In this document: piece by piece, positions 55,455-64,000 of the stretch
How positions within the stretch are numbered: the first letter of the stretch is position 1
How the letters are laid out: every line of letters begins with the position of its first letter
Assembly: GCA_964589765.1 (NCBI GenBank)
Contig: CAZPUM010000001.1
Coordinates: 29,118 to 93,117 of the forward strand
Length of the DNA: 64,000 nucleotides
Source: an uncultured Methanosarcinales archaeon
GTDB lineage: Archaea; Nanobdellota; Nanobdellia; Woesearchaeales; UBA525
Direction of reading: 5' to 3'
The notes under the pieces: generated by a model
What the model saw: only the letters and a program-made list of their open reading frames with translations
Told to the model about the DNA's origin: nothing
Databases searched by the model: none
Made by a program: the position numbers and the translations under genes

Positions 55455-56450
55455 CTATTTCCTCTGTTTTGAGTTTAGGTCAATTTCTTCAACTGTTGGT
55501 CCCGAAACGGGCCTTTTGAGTCTGACCGGCTTGACTAATGTTATCATTCTTTTTTTTGGACCTGGAACACTACCACGAATTACTAGGAACTCGTTTCCTT
55601 GTTTTCCAACTCCATAATTGATGAACCCGCCTTTGACGTTTACTTCTTCAGGCTTGTCTGATATCTTGAGAATCTGGTTATTGTACTGTACGCGCTGATG
55701 GTATCCCATCTGGCCCGCCATTGCCGTTCTGTACATGGTGTGCTGTTGTGCAACCCATCCGCCAAGAGAACCAGGCCTCCTGACTCCTTTCTCTGACTTG
55801 TGACTTTTCAGGCTGATTCCGAATCTCTTGACCGGGCCCTGATATCCGTACCCTTTACTGATTGCGTGCAGATCAAGGTAGTCGCCTTCTTTGAACACCT
55901 CGCTTGCCTTGATTTCCTTTCCGACAAACTCCTTGATTACAGCTAGTTTGTCAGCATTTGTTTTTCCACCTACCGCCACTTCAAAGAGTTGTGGTTTCTT
56001 TTGACCAATGCCTGTTTTGCTTGGCTGGGTCATGAGAATAACGCGAATTTCAACAATTTCTGGAGAATCAAAGGAGGAGTCAAGGGCGCTTGCGTCACCG
56101 GTTTTCTTTGAAGGGGTGACCTTGCGCCCGAGGTGCTTGTCCTTGCCAACAATCACCTCCTTGGCAACTTTTAGACCATAAGAGTCTGATGTGTATCCTC
56201 TAACGCTAAAAATGCGCATTGGTGGACACTCAATAATTGTACATGGAATGCTGATGGGCTCATTTTTTGATTTGGCAGTCTTGTGTGTTGCGACTGCTTT
56301 AACATGGGTCATGCCCATTTTGAAACCTGCAAAAGCCTGTATTCCCTCGCCATTAAGGTCGTAGCTCCTAACCCTTACGTACGACTTTTTAGCCCTCTTT
56401 CTAGGCCAGAACTGCATACTTCCTGCGCGTGGTTGTTTGGGCTTTGGCAT
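55455..56450 (-). CDS. rpl3: Ribosomal protein uL3.
   Basis: MPKPKQPRAGSMQFWPRKRAKK N-terminus; about 330 aa archaeal L3. Confidence 0.9.
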   Translation of the reverse strand: MPKPKQPRAGSMQFWPRKRAKKSYVRVRSYDLNGEGIQAFAGFKMGMTHVKAVATHKTAKSKNEPISIPCTIIECPPMRIFSVRGYTSDSYGLKVAKEVIVGKDKHLGRKVTPSKKTGDASALDSSFDSPEIVEIRVILMTQPSKTGIGQKKPQLFEVAVGGKTNADKLAVIKEFVGKEIKASEVFKEGDYLDLHAISKGYGYQGPVKRFGISLKSHKSEKGVRRPGSLGGWVAQQHTMYRTAMAGQMGYHQRVQYNNQILKISDKPEEVNVKGGFINYGVGKQGNEFLVIRGSVPGPKKRMITLVKPVRLKRPVSGPTVEEIDLNSKQRK

Positions 56451-56590
56451 ATTGGATATCTCCAGCGCAGAACTATCTCAGAATCAACGGTTGTCCGTCG
56501 TACTGAAACGCATCCCGCGCCAGGCGTGGACAACAGGGTCCCGGCCCGTTTCCAGACGGGTCACTCTCCTGTGTTCATATCGCGGAAACG

Positions 56591-56618
56591 CCAAACCGTT
56601 TATAAAGGTGTTGGTTGG
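56591..56618 (-). promoter_or_regulatory. Ribosomal superoperon promoter: TATA (TTTATAAA) embedded in a palindromic 28-mer about 150 nt upstream of uL3; coordinates approximate.
   Basis: CCAAACCGTTTATAAAGGTGTTGGTTGG, nearly identical to the element at about 37487 upstream of eL34. Confidence 0.45.
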
Positions 56619-56920
56619 TGTCAAGCCACCCTTGGAAACTCCCGAATTTGGTCATATTCGACGGGAATGGGTTCGCCTTCATCAGGGTCAGGGCCATCCC
56701 ACATTGGCCTAGAGGCAGGGGCCAAAAAAACATACTGAAGTGGGAAAGGACTGTACAGCTCATAAAAACCTCCTGGAGTGCAGATTCGGGGCTTTGGATA
56801 AAATTGAGAGTTTAATTCTCTCTGTAAATCAACCTCTGACCTAAAGGTTGGAAATAGCGTAGTGAAAACAGAGTTGGCAAACTTTCCAATATCCATAAGA
56901 TAACAGGAGTTACCCGGGGT

Positions 56921-57583
56921 TTATTGGTGTTTCGAAACCCAGTTGACAACCGCTGAGACCATCGCATCTCTTTTTTCCAGATTATTGAAGTTATGGCCTG
57001 CCCCACCTATTATACATAGTTCCTTCTCCCCCTCAATTCCGAGGAAAAGTTCTTTGGCATCATCCAAAGGAACGGCAGTGTCCTCGGAACCGTGAACAAT
57101 CAGAACTGGACATTTGATTTCAGAGGCTCCTGCCAGAACATCCAGTTCTGCTCTCTGCTCGAAAAAATCCTTCTCAATAACAAAGTGGACATCCTTGTCC
57201 TCTCTGTGCCAGTCCACTTTCCCTTGTTTTTCGAGCTGTTCTCTCTGCTCAGCACTGAGTAACCTCAGAGGGTCCCGCAGTTCTGCGGGGCTTGCCAGAG
57301 AGACCACCCCTTTTACTTTCTCGCTTGACTGTGCTACGAGCAACGATAATAGTGCTCCAAGGGAGTGCCCAAGCAGAATCACATAGTCATGATTCCCCAC
57401 CTCTTCGATTAATTCATCGAGCATAGTCATTGGAGGGGTCTGGAGAAACTTGTTTTCATCAAGCGGTTTGGGGTAGTTCATAACCACCACTCTGTGTCCT
57501 TTTTCCCTCAGTGCTTTAACGCAGGAACCTATTGTTCCACTCTTGTCATTACTTAGAAACCCGTGGCTTGCTATGATTACCAT
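56921..57583 (-). CDS. Alpha/beta-fold hydrolase (esterase-like).
   Basis: Nucleophile elbow GHSLG; catalytic His and Asp regions (VHGSEDTAVP). Confidence 0.75.
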   Translation of the reverse strand: MVIIASHGFLSNDKSGTIGSCVKALREKGHRVVVMNYPKPLDENKFLQTPPMTMLDELIEEVGNHDYVILLGHSLGALLSLLVAQSSEKVKGVVSLASPAELRDPLRLLSAEQREQLEKQGKVDWHREDKDVHFVIEKDFFEQRAELDVLAGASEIKCPVLIVHGSEDTAVPLDDAKELFLGIEGEKELCIIGGAGHNFNNLEKRDAMVSAVVNWVSKHQ

Positions 57584-58086
57584 AATTCCTCCTTTAAGAA
57601 CATCTCAACCCTGTCAGCCCTCAAGTCTGGGGCCCAGCAGGGGATTGACCTGACGGGGATGCGTTTCGCACAGTAATGTGCCATTATTCTTGTCGTAAGA
57701 GTTTGTTCTGACAACTCTTTCAACCTTTCTTCTTCGGGAACAAAGTGCAAAGGTCTTCTATGAAGAGAGAACACAAATTCGTACATTGTCCTGTCGATAA
57801 GTTTTCTTTGCTCATCTGGAACGACCAAATCATCGTTATAAGCATATACCAGGTTCTCAATCATGCCTTCATCAACAAAAGCGCCATCGGGGGCTTCAGA
57901 TTCTAGTTCCGCCTGGCGATTTATCACGGCAATTCTGAACTCCAAAGGGTTGGAGTTTTCTGGAAACTCTTTTCTAACCATTTCAGTAGCATTTGGCATG
58001 ACCACATAGCCTCTTTCTCTTAGAATTTCTGCCACTGTTGTTTTTCCAACGTTTCTTCCACCACTAAGTGCATACAATTTTTTCAT
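57577..58086 (-). CDS. P-loop NTPase or small kinase-like protein.
   Basis: Walker A GGRNVGKTT in the first 20 aa; 169 aa. Confidence 0.45.
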   Translation of the reverse strand: MKKLYALSGGRNVGKTTVAEILRERGYVVMPNATEMVRKEFPENSNPLEFRIAVINRQAELESEAPDGAFVDEGMIENLVYAYNDDLVVPDEQRKLIDRTMYEFVFSLHRRPLHFVPEEERLKELSEQTLTTRIMAHYCAKRIPVRSIPCWAPDLRADRVEMFLKEELW

Positions 58087-58169
58087 TCTATTCTACCTCT
58101 AATCATTGCTTCAATCATATCTGTTGTTTTTCCTGAACCCAGGTCCTACTGAAAGAACATAAAGCTTCT

Positions 58170-59696
58170 TCATTTCTTCTTACCTATCTTCACCAATTTC
58201 ACGGAGTATTGGGCAGGGTTTTTTATCGTTTGGCATGTTTCATCCGGACGGCAAACCCCTAATTCCTGGTAGAACGCTTTACAGTTGGGGGGAGGAAATC
58301 TTTCCTTTTGACGTTTTTTGGAACGTAAGTGTGATTTCAATTCGACCTCTTTCAGATGCTCTGCGTTACACTCGTTCCATTTATCCAATCTTTCCTCAAT
58401 CATTTCGTGACTCCACCCACACACTTTAAGGAAATTTGTAAGAACAAACATCGCCCTTTTCCTTCCGTCAGAGAGCCCTTGTAGTATCAACTTAATACAA
58501 GGTGGAAACAACTCTTCAGGAATCGCTTCATCTGGAACTTCAAACTCTCTCTTTTCGTACTTTGCCTCTTTACTCTCCTGTGTTGACCATGCTAAACGGC
58601 AAAGATTTTCAGCTTCATCAGGAACGACTTTTTTCGTATCCAAGAAAGTCTTTTCAAAATTAATTTTTTCAGGTTCCGCGTCTGTTTTCTTGAAAGTTAG
58701 AACATCTTCTATTTCAACAACTATTCCTGACAAACCTGATTTTTCGTGAAGACTGTAAGGCATCCTGTAAAGGTGTCTGCTCGCCAACAGGACTGTGTCG
58801 ACTTCGACAATCTCTGTGATTTTCAATCGCGGTTCTGTTGGCCCTGTTGCTTCAGTTCTGCTGAGCGAGTAAAAATCCATCCAACCGTTGCACTTAGAGC
58901 ATACTCGCTCAGAATCTTCAGCCATCTCTTTTTCGTTTTGGCTGAATCTTTTTTCTGGTCTGTTTCCACACGAAGTACAGTGGAGTTTGTACAGACCTTC
59001 TTCTTTATTCACAAACTTTTTTGTTTTTGGATTGTAGTTTCCGATTAAGTCTTGTTTTGTTTTTCCGCATTTTTTTGCCAGCTCATTTATCGATGTTTTT
59101 ACTAGTCCCCCTAGTAGGAGTTCATCTTTGTTTATTTTGACCAGGTTGTTTTTTGAATCTCCTATGTAGTCTATCAAAAACTTTGCAATAGCTCTTGGCA
59201 TTTCGGGGAAAAGATTTTTCAGCACTATCTCTTCACCATCATCCGTTACAATCTTTTCAGGAAAAGATTCCCATGGAACACCTATGTGCCATCCTTTATT
59301 TCCTGAGAACTTAACTGAGACGCCTTTGATGTTATGCGCTTCCAATGCTTTAATGAAAAGCCATGCCGTTAATCTGGATATCTCCCAGTCTTTCGCATCG
59401 ATATCAAGAACTAGGTCCCATCCTATTCTCAGTTCGTCTGCTTCCTTTCTAGACATTCCTGTTTGAATTAGCATAGGGTTATCCCATCTCTCTTCAGAAC
59501 AGTGGAAGCTTGTTGTTTTTCTCTTCGCAAACTCCAGAACATCTTGGGGAAATGATAGAACGTCAGGCCTTTTCCCGAACCCTGTTCCATACCTTGGACT
59601 AACTTCGCGGTTTTCCGCATGTCTTACAAGTGCCTCTTGTACCTCGGGACGCTTGTAGTATTTCAGCGTCTTTGAGAACTGCTCCACATCCCCCAT
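58170..59696 (-). CDS. priS: Single-polypeptide DNA primase: a PriS catalytic domain fused to a PriL-like C-terminal Fe-S domain.
   Basis: Archaeo-eukaryotic primase motifs DLVLDID (DxD) and FSGNKGWHIG (SGxRGxH); a zinc knuckle (CTSCG...CSKC). The C-terminal approx. 140 aa carry the PriL-CTD-like Cys set (PPCIKLILQG...C...C...C). Confidence 0.65.
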   Translation of the reverse strand: MGDVEQFSKTLKYYKRPEVQEALVRHAENREVSPRYGTGFGKRPDVLSFPQDVLEFAKRKTTSFHCSEERWDNPMLIQTGMSRKEADELRIGWDLVLDIDAKDWEISRLTAWLFIKALEAHNIKGVSVKFSGNKGWHIGVPWESFPEKIVTDDGEEIVLKNLFPEMPRAIAKFLIDYIGDSKNNLVKINKDELLLGGLVKTSINELAKKCGKTKQDLIGNYNPKTKKFVNKEEGLYKLHCTSCGNRPEKRFSQNEKEMAEDSERVCSKCNGWMDFYSLSRTEATGPTEPRLKITEIVEVDTVLLASRHLYRMPYSLHEKSGLSGIVVEIEDVLTFKKTDAEPEKINFEKTFLDTKKVVPDEAENLCRLAWSTQESKEAKYEKREFEVPDEAIPEELFPPCIKLILQGLSDGRKRAMFVLTNFLKVCGWSHEMIEERLDKWNECNAEHLKEVELKSHLRSKKRQKERFPPPNCKAFYQELGVCRPDETCQTIKNPAQYSVKLVKIGKKK

Positions 59697-59810
59697 GATA
59701 TGGTTGACGCGTTTCCACTCATAAGGATTGCGACTGACCAGTGTAATACTTCTATATAGAAATAAATTATATTGGCAAACCATTTTATACAGCCGGGAAG
59801 CTTCTTTACC

Positions 59811-60938
59811 ATGCGAACTGCAAAAGTTCTCATCTTTTCTGGCATGGACAGCAACATGCGCTACGCAACAGGCCTGTGTTTACACGAGTCTTTCATCTGG
59901 GTCAGATACGGAGAAGGTAAATCTGCCAAAGAGTATATTCTTGTCAACAGACTAGAATTCCCGACCGTGAAAAAAGAGGCAAGAAAAGATATCAAAGTTA
60001 TCTGCTGGAATGATTTGGAGCTCGATAACATAAGAATTCCTAAACAAAGAAAGAAAAATCTTGCAGACATCGCGTCTTCTTTTCTTCTAAGTTACAATGT
60101 TGATGCAATTCAAGTTCCTGACAACACATGGGCAATACACATGGAGACTTTCAAAGAGCACAACCTCATCGCTAAACCAACCCAACCCTTTTTTCCTGAG
60201 AGAATAATCAAACGTAGCGATGAGGTGTTGGCCATCAAACAGACTGGCAAAGTTACCAAGATGGCCTTCAAGCACACCGTGAAAATACTCCGCGAAGCGG
60301 AGATTCAGTGGGACGATAGTCTCACATGGAACGGTGTGAAACTCACATCCGAATTTTTACAGAACGAAATAGAGAAGGTTTTCATCGATAACGGTTGTTC
60401 GTCTGGAGAATCAATTGTTTCCTGCGGAGAACAATCATCCGAACCTCATAACAGAGGGTCGGGAACTCTGAAAGCAGGCCACCCTATCGTCGTAGATTTA
60501 TTTCCAAAAGACAACAAGACAGGGTACTATTTTGATATGACCCGTACAATAATCAAAGGAACCCCCACCCCTGAGTTAAAAAATATGCTTCAAACTGTGA
60601 AAAGAGCCCAAAAAGAGGCGCTTGAACTGGTCAGACCTGGACCGGCAGAACATGTTCACCTTGCCGCCAGAAAAATTGTTGAAAGAGCAGGATTCAAGAC
60701 GACCGATGAAGAAGGGTTCCTTCATAGCACAGGGCACGGTGTGGGCGTAGATTTGCACGAACCCCCGAGAATAGGAGATAAGTCAGAGGATATTCTCGAA
60801 CCTGGAATGGTCATTACAGTTGAGCCGGGACTTTATTACAAAGAGCACGGCGGGGTCAGGATTGAAGACACAGTTCTTGTTACAAAAAACGGATACAAAA
60901 ATCTGACAAATCTTCCTAAACTATCCATTTTAAGATAA
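59811..60938 (+). CDS. M24-family metallopeptidase (Xaa-Pro aminopeptidase or dipeptidase).
   Basis: Pita-bread fold motifs (HSTGHGVGVDLHEPP, VEPGLYY, GVRIEDTVLVT). Internal ATG chosen to avoid overlap with the primase gene. Confidence 0.85.
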   Translation: MRTAKVLIFSGMDSNMRYATGLCLHESFIWVRYGEGKSAKEYILVNRLEFPTVKKEARKDIKVICWNDLELDNIRIPKQRKKNLADIASSFLLSYNVDAIQVPDNTWAIHMETFKEHNLIAKPTQPFFPERIIKRSDEVLAIKQTGKVTKMAFKHTVKILREAEIQWDDSLTWNGVKLTSEFLQNEIEKVFIDNGCSSGESIVSCGEQSSEPHNRGSGTLKAGHPIVVDLFPKDNKTGYYFDMTRTIIKGTPTPELKNMLQTVKRAQKEALELVRPGPAEHVHLAARKIVERAGFKTTDEEGFLHSTGHGVGVDLHEPPRIGDKSEDILEPGMVITVEPGLYYKEHGGVRIEDTVLVTKNGYKNLTNLPKLSILR

Positions 60939-61041
60939 CAATATTTTAAAGGAGAAAAACCGCTGTTATGTTATCCCTGGAACGACTAATAATCGGTTAC
61001 GCGGACATTCTTACCAGGGGGATTTATCGCACTTTTCGGAG

Positions 61042-61395
61042 GTGAACATGGAGCTGGAGCAGATCTATACAGAGATAGACAACGTCAGAACCAAAACAGT
61101 TCTCGTCGAAGGACGGAACGATAAACGAGCACTGGAGAAGCTCGGGTTCACGAACATTGTTCCATTGTCTGGGCCGTTGTACCAGATGGTGGAAAAGGTT
61201 GAGGATGAAGATGAGGTACTTATCCTCACAGACCTGGATAGCCACGGCCGAAGGCTTTACAGGTACTTCTACAACGAACTGACAAAGCGAGGAGTTAGAA
61301 TTAACAACCGCTTACGACAGATGTTATTCGGCACTCATATCAGGCAGATTGAGGGTTTAGACAACTACCTCAGACGACTCGAAATGATGGCGTGA
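61042..61395 (+). CDS. Small Toprim-domain protein.
   Basis: Conserved Glu (VLVEGRNDKRALEKLGF) and DxD (ILTDLDSHG) of the Toprim fold. Confidence 0.7.
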   Translation: MNMELEQIYTEIDNVRTKTVLVEGRNDKRALEKLGFTNIVPLSGPLYQMVEKVEDEDEVLILTDLDSHGRRLYRYFYNELTKRGVRINNRLRQMLFGTHIRQIEGLDNYLRRLEMMA

Positions 61396-61574
61396 CCGCT
61401 CTGAGGAGCCGGCCATTTCTATAGGGGGACCCTCGCGCAATTTTTTCAAACCCACATCTTGTATATGCCAATTTTATTGATAGTATCTCTAAAAATCTGT
61501 ACGCGATATTGTAAGATATTACTATTTCTCAAAAATACTGGAAATCTTATAAATCTCGTCTGTAAAAAACCCTT

Positions 61575-62387
61575 GTGGACTGGAAAATAATCTTGTTAAT
61601 CATAGTAGGAATAATTCTGCTCATAGCATTCCTATTCAGAAAACAGATTGGACATTGGTCCTCCGCGCTGGTCCATGACTATGTTTATGACTGGGGTCTT
61701 TCAACACTTGACAACTTAATAGGAGGTTTCGCAGGTCTGGATGTTGGAGACTGGGTTGGAGCTTTTCTTATATTCAGAGGTGAGAAAAAAATTATTGGAA
61801 CCCTGCCTGCATTAATTGTTGCATGGGAGGCCACCAACTTTATTCCACTCAGTTTTATTCCTGTGGTCGGAGAGGGAATTGAAGTTGTAACTAACATTAT
61901 ACCTGCATCGACCATCACAAGGTTTTTAGTCGCAAAATATGGCCCAGCTGAACGAATGGAAGTGCGCTTGATGGAAGAAGGCGCTGTTATGAAACAAGAA
62001 AACATCAATGTCCCTGACTTTGAAGGGGCTCTAAACCATATCAAGGAGTTAATTGACAAGAACAACCCTGTCGAGGCATACGCTATGGAGAAGGCAATTG
62101 ACAAAGCTGTCAGCCAGAAACTCAGAATCAAGATTGACAAACTTGTCAATCAAGTAGACGGTGAAATACAGCAGTTGATTCAACAAGACCCTGAAGGAAC
62201 TGATGACCAGCTCGAGGTTCTGACAAAAGGGATAGAACTGGCCAGAACACACCTTAATGATGCCAAGCTTTTTGAAAAAAAGAAAAATTTCGCCAGCGCA
62301 ATCAAAAAAGCAAAAGAGGCTCAGAGCGTGCTCAGTCAGTCTGTTGACGCTTTCAATGAATCACTGAGCATGGAGAAAGCCGCATGA
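61575..62387 (+). CDS. Hypothetical membrane protein.
   Basis: An N-terminal TM helix plus two or three more hydrophobic segments and a C-terminal coiled coil. A TATA-like tcttataaatc sits about 25 nt upstream. Confidence 0.4.
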   Translation: MDWKIILLIIVGIILLIAFLFRKQIGHWSSALVHDYVYDWGLSTLDNLIGGFAGLDVGDWVGAFLIFRGEKKIIGTLPALIVAWEATNFIPLSFIPVVGEGIEVVTNIIPASTITRFLVAKYGPAERMEVRLMEEGAVMKQENINVPDFEGALNHIKELIDKNNPVEAYAMEKAIDKAVSQKLRIKIDKLVNQVDGEIQQLIQQDPEGTDDQLEVLTKGIELARTHLNDAKLFEKKKNFASAIKKAKEAQSVLSQSVDAFNESLSMEKAA

Positions 62388-63313
62388 AACCTCTGATTTT
62401 ACTAACGATTTTGTTGCTGATAACCTCTTGTACCACAGAGAGTTTGCCCGAGGAGAAAACAATAATTGGACCTAATGATATCAAAATCCAGGAGAGCAGA
62501 AATCTGCAGAAAGGGGTCGCTGGAATCACTCCTAAAAACAATTACAGACCGAGCGACGAAGACTGGAATGATTACTTCTCAATGCTCGGAGAGTATGGCC
62601 CTCTGTGGGGAGTCTATGTTAACATAGAGGACAGCTTACAAGAGGGCATACCTCAACAGGTGCGTCTTGCTTACGAACTGGCAAAAATGCGTCCAGTCAC
62701 ACCTGTTGTTGCTCTGGGTTTCCAGAACGATATAGAAAAAGGATTTTTTGAACTGAACGGTCTTAGGTATCAGGAAACCGTTTTAGCTGTCGCAAAAGAG
62801 TACCACCCCGCCTATCTTGGTCTTGGTATTGATGTTAACAGGATTCCTGACGAAGAGTTTGACAACTACCTTAATTGGTACAAAGATACATACAATGAAG
62901 TGAAAAAAGTCAGTCCCTCCACTAAAATATTTCCAATCATTCAGTACGAACATTTACTTAACAGTCAGGAAGATGACTGGCTAGAGGAACTCGAAATGGA
63001 TGTTTTTGCCATAACCTTGTATCCTTTCCTTGCTTTTGATTCACCCGCTGATATTCCTCGTGACTATCTACCTAATGATGTGCCAATCTTAATCACGGAA
63101 ACTGGCTGGCCATCTAGCGAGGTTGGTCGAGTCCAGCCAGCACAGACTGAATATATTGACTGGCTTTCAACAACACCGACAAATGTTGAAGCTGTTTTGT
63201 GGAGTTTTTCGCACGACCCTATGTTAGGAGATAAAACGTGGGATTCAATCAGCCTAAAGTTCTCTAATGGAACTATGAAACCCGCGTTCAATAAATGGCA
63301 GAGTTTGAATTAA
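62384..63313 (+). CDS. Secreted lipoprotein (lipobox ITSC) with a GH5/GH17-like (beta-glucanase-type) TIM-barrel glycoside hydrolase signature.
   Basis: Signal peptide plus lipobox. Catalytic-nucleophile motif ILITETGWPS typical of GH17/GH5 clan A. Putative acid/base Glu region upstream. Confidence 0.5.
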   Translation: MKPLILLTILLLITSCTTESLPEEKTIIGPNDIKIQESRNLQKGVAGITPKNNYRPSDEDWNDYFSMLGEYGPLWGVYVNIEDSLQEGIPQQVRLAYELAKMRPVTPVVALGFQNDIEKGFFELNGLRYQETVLAVAKEYHPAYLGLGIDVNRIPDEEFDNYLNWYKDTYNEVKKVSPSTKIFPIIQYEHLLNSQEDDWLEELEMDVFAITLYPFLAFDSPADIPRDYLPNDVPILITETGWPSSEVGRVQPAQTEYIDWLSTTPTNVEAVLWSFSHDPMLGDKTWDSISLKFSNGTMKPAFNKWQSLN

Positions 63314-63326
63314 CAGCTCAGGAAAA

Positions 63327-63974
63327 TTACTTTGAATCCGGATTGTTAATGTATTTCTTCTCAGCAATCTCCTTGATTCGTTGTGCTTTCTTAGGACCTA
63401 TCAAATCAACCTCTTTTAGTTCTGTTTCACTTGCCTGAAGAACACCTAATATTGAACCAAATCTTTCCAACAAAGGTTTAGCCAGATGACTTCCCACCCC
63501 TGGAAAAGCAGCAATGATATACTCTTGTAACTCCTTATCAGACAGAGGTTTCGATGTGTGATACTGAAACTCCTGACCGCCTATCTGTTCGCGTTTGGCA
63601 AGAGCGATTAACAGTCCAACTGTTTCTTTTGAGTTTCTAGACCAAAGAATAGGAATGTTGTAAGACACAGCAATAGTTGCCAGCATACCCCTTATAGCAT
63701 TAGGATGCACCCTTCTTACTGAGTATATGTCCTGCGTCCCTTCAACAAGAATTATCGGGCGCGTATATTGTCGCAGAGCCTTAAGTTGTTCAAGCAATCT
63801 GCCATCAAGTATGCTATTAACAAAGTCAGGAACCTGCTTGTATTCAACAACAACTCTGTCGGAAACCTGAAAATCCCCAACTGACAACTGTTGTAATTCA
63901 AGATTGACTCCTGAGTCAAGTATCTCTTTCAGAACAGGACTTCCTTTTTCTCGGTAATCTGCAATAATCTTCAA
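63327..63974 (-). CDS. xpf: XPF/ERCC4-type nuclease (short archaeal form with a C-terminal HhH2 domain).
   Basis: ERCC4 nuclease motifs (IADYRE...GDFQV...ERK-like) and a helix-hairpin-helix C-terminus (AFPGVGSHLAKPLLERFGS). Confidence 0.7.
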   Translation of the reverse strand: MKIIADYREKGSPVLKEILDSGVNLELQQLSVGDFQVSDRVVVEYKQVPDFVNSILDGRLLEQLKALRQYTRPIILVEGTQDIYSVRRVHPNAIRGMLATIAVSYNIPILWSRNSKETVGLLIALAKREQIGGQEFQYHTSKPLSDKELQEYIIAAFPGVGSHLAKPLLERFGSILGVLQASETELKEVDLIGPKKAQRIKEIAEKKYINNPDSK

Positions 63975-64000
63975 ACTTTTTGCTTGTACCTGATTTTTTT

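Noticed and set aside
56621-56896. The 91-aa minus-strand ORF in the long intergenic region upstream of uL3.
   Set aside because: It has no start context or motifs and spans the promoter element. The region is more plausibly regulatory or leader sequence.
1-64000. Insertion sequences, transposases, integrases or phage genes.
   Set aside because: None of the translated ORFs shows DDE, HUH, tyrosine-recombinase or capsid/terminase hallmarks. The only mobile-like item is the small TA-like pair.

Overview
This 64-kb window comes from an AT-rich archaeal genome, probably a small-genome, DPANN-like lineage. A near-complete archaeal ribosomal-protein superoperon runs on the minus strand (uL3 to uL15, about 44.2-56.5 kb). 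SecY, a DUF106/YidC-like protein, eL34 and eL14 lie nearby (36.8-39.7 kb), but the canonical adk and cmk are absent. About 4.5 kb is inserted between uL15 and secY, encoding a Cys-rich surface protein, the ITPase HAM1 and an ABC exporter. Other recognisable genes include PAN, Trm5, a RumA-type methyltransferase, TldD/TldE, Sec61beta, NAC-alpha, a dut-nrdR pair, an HPF/RaiA homolog and VKOR. There is a suf Fe-S operon in unusual order (sufB, sufD, a SufS-SufU fusion, sufC) next to an Mrp/ApbC carrier. The window also holds Pelota with an FmrO/ArmA-like rRNA methyltransferase, TrmB, PheS/PheT, a fused PriS-PriL primase, an M24 peptidase, a Toprim protein, an XPF nuclease and a secreted glycoside-hydrolase-like lipoprotein. 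The candidate novel system is a tightly packed five-gene minus-strand cluster (21.3-28.6 kb). It encodes lipobox or signal-anchored secreted proteins that share a paralogous Cys-containing module, a polytopic membrane protein with a large extracytoplasmic domain, and a lipoprotein whose C-terminus looks like an NlpC/P60-CHAP cysteine peptidase. This could be a cell-surface or host-interaction (lytic) module. Four smaller observations stand out. An unannotated 52-codon ORF wedged between SUI1 and uS17 matches the Rpp29 (RNase P) core. Two ribosomal promoters share a palindromic element around TTTATAAA. A GC-rich promoter-equipped island at about 215-430 is a probable structured ncRNA. Several r-proteins and TldE carry K/E-rich low-complexity tails. 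No tRNA, rRNA, CRISPR array or transposase was recognised.
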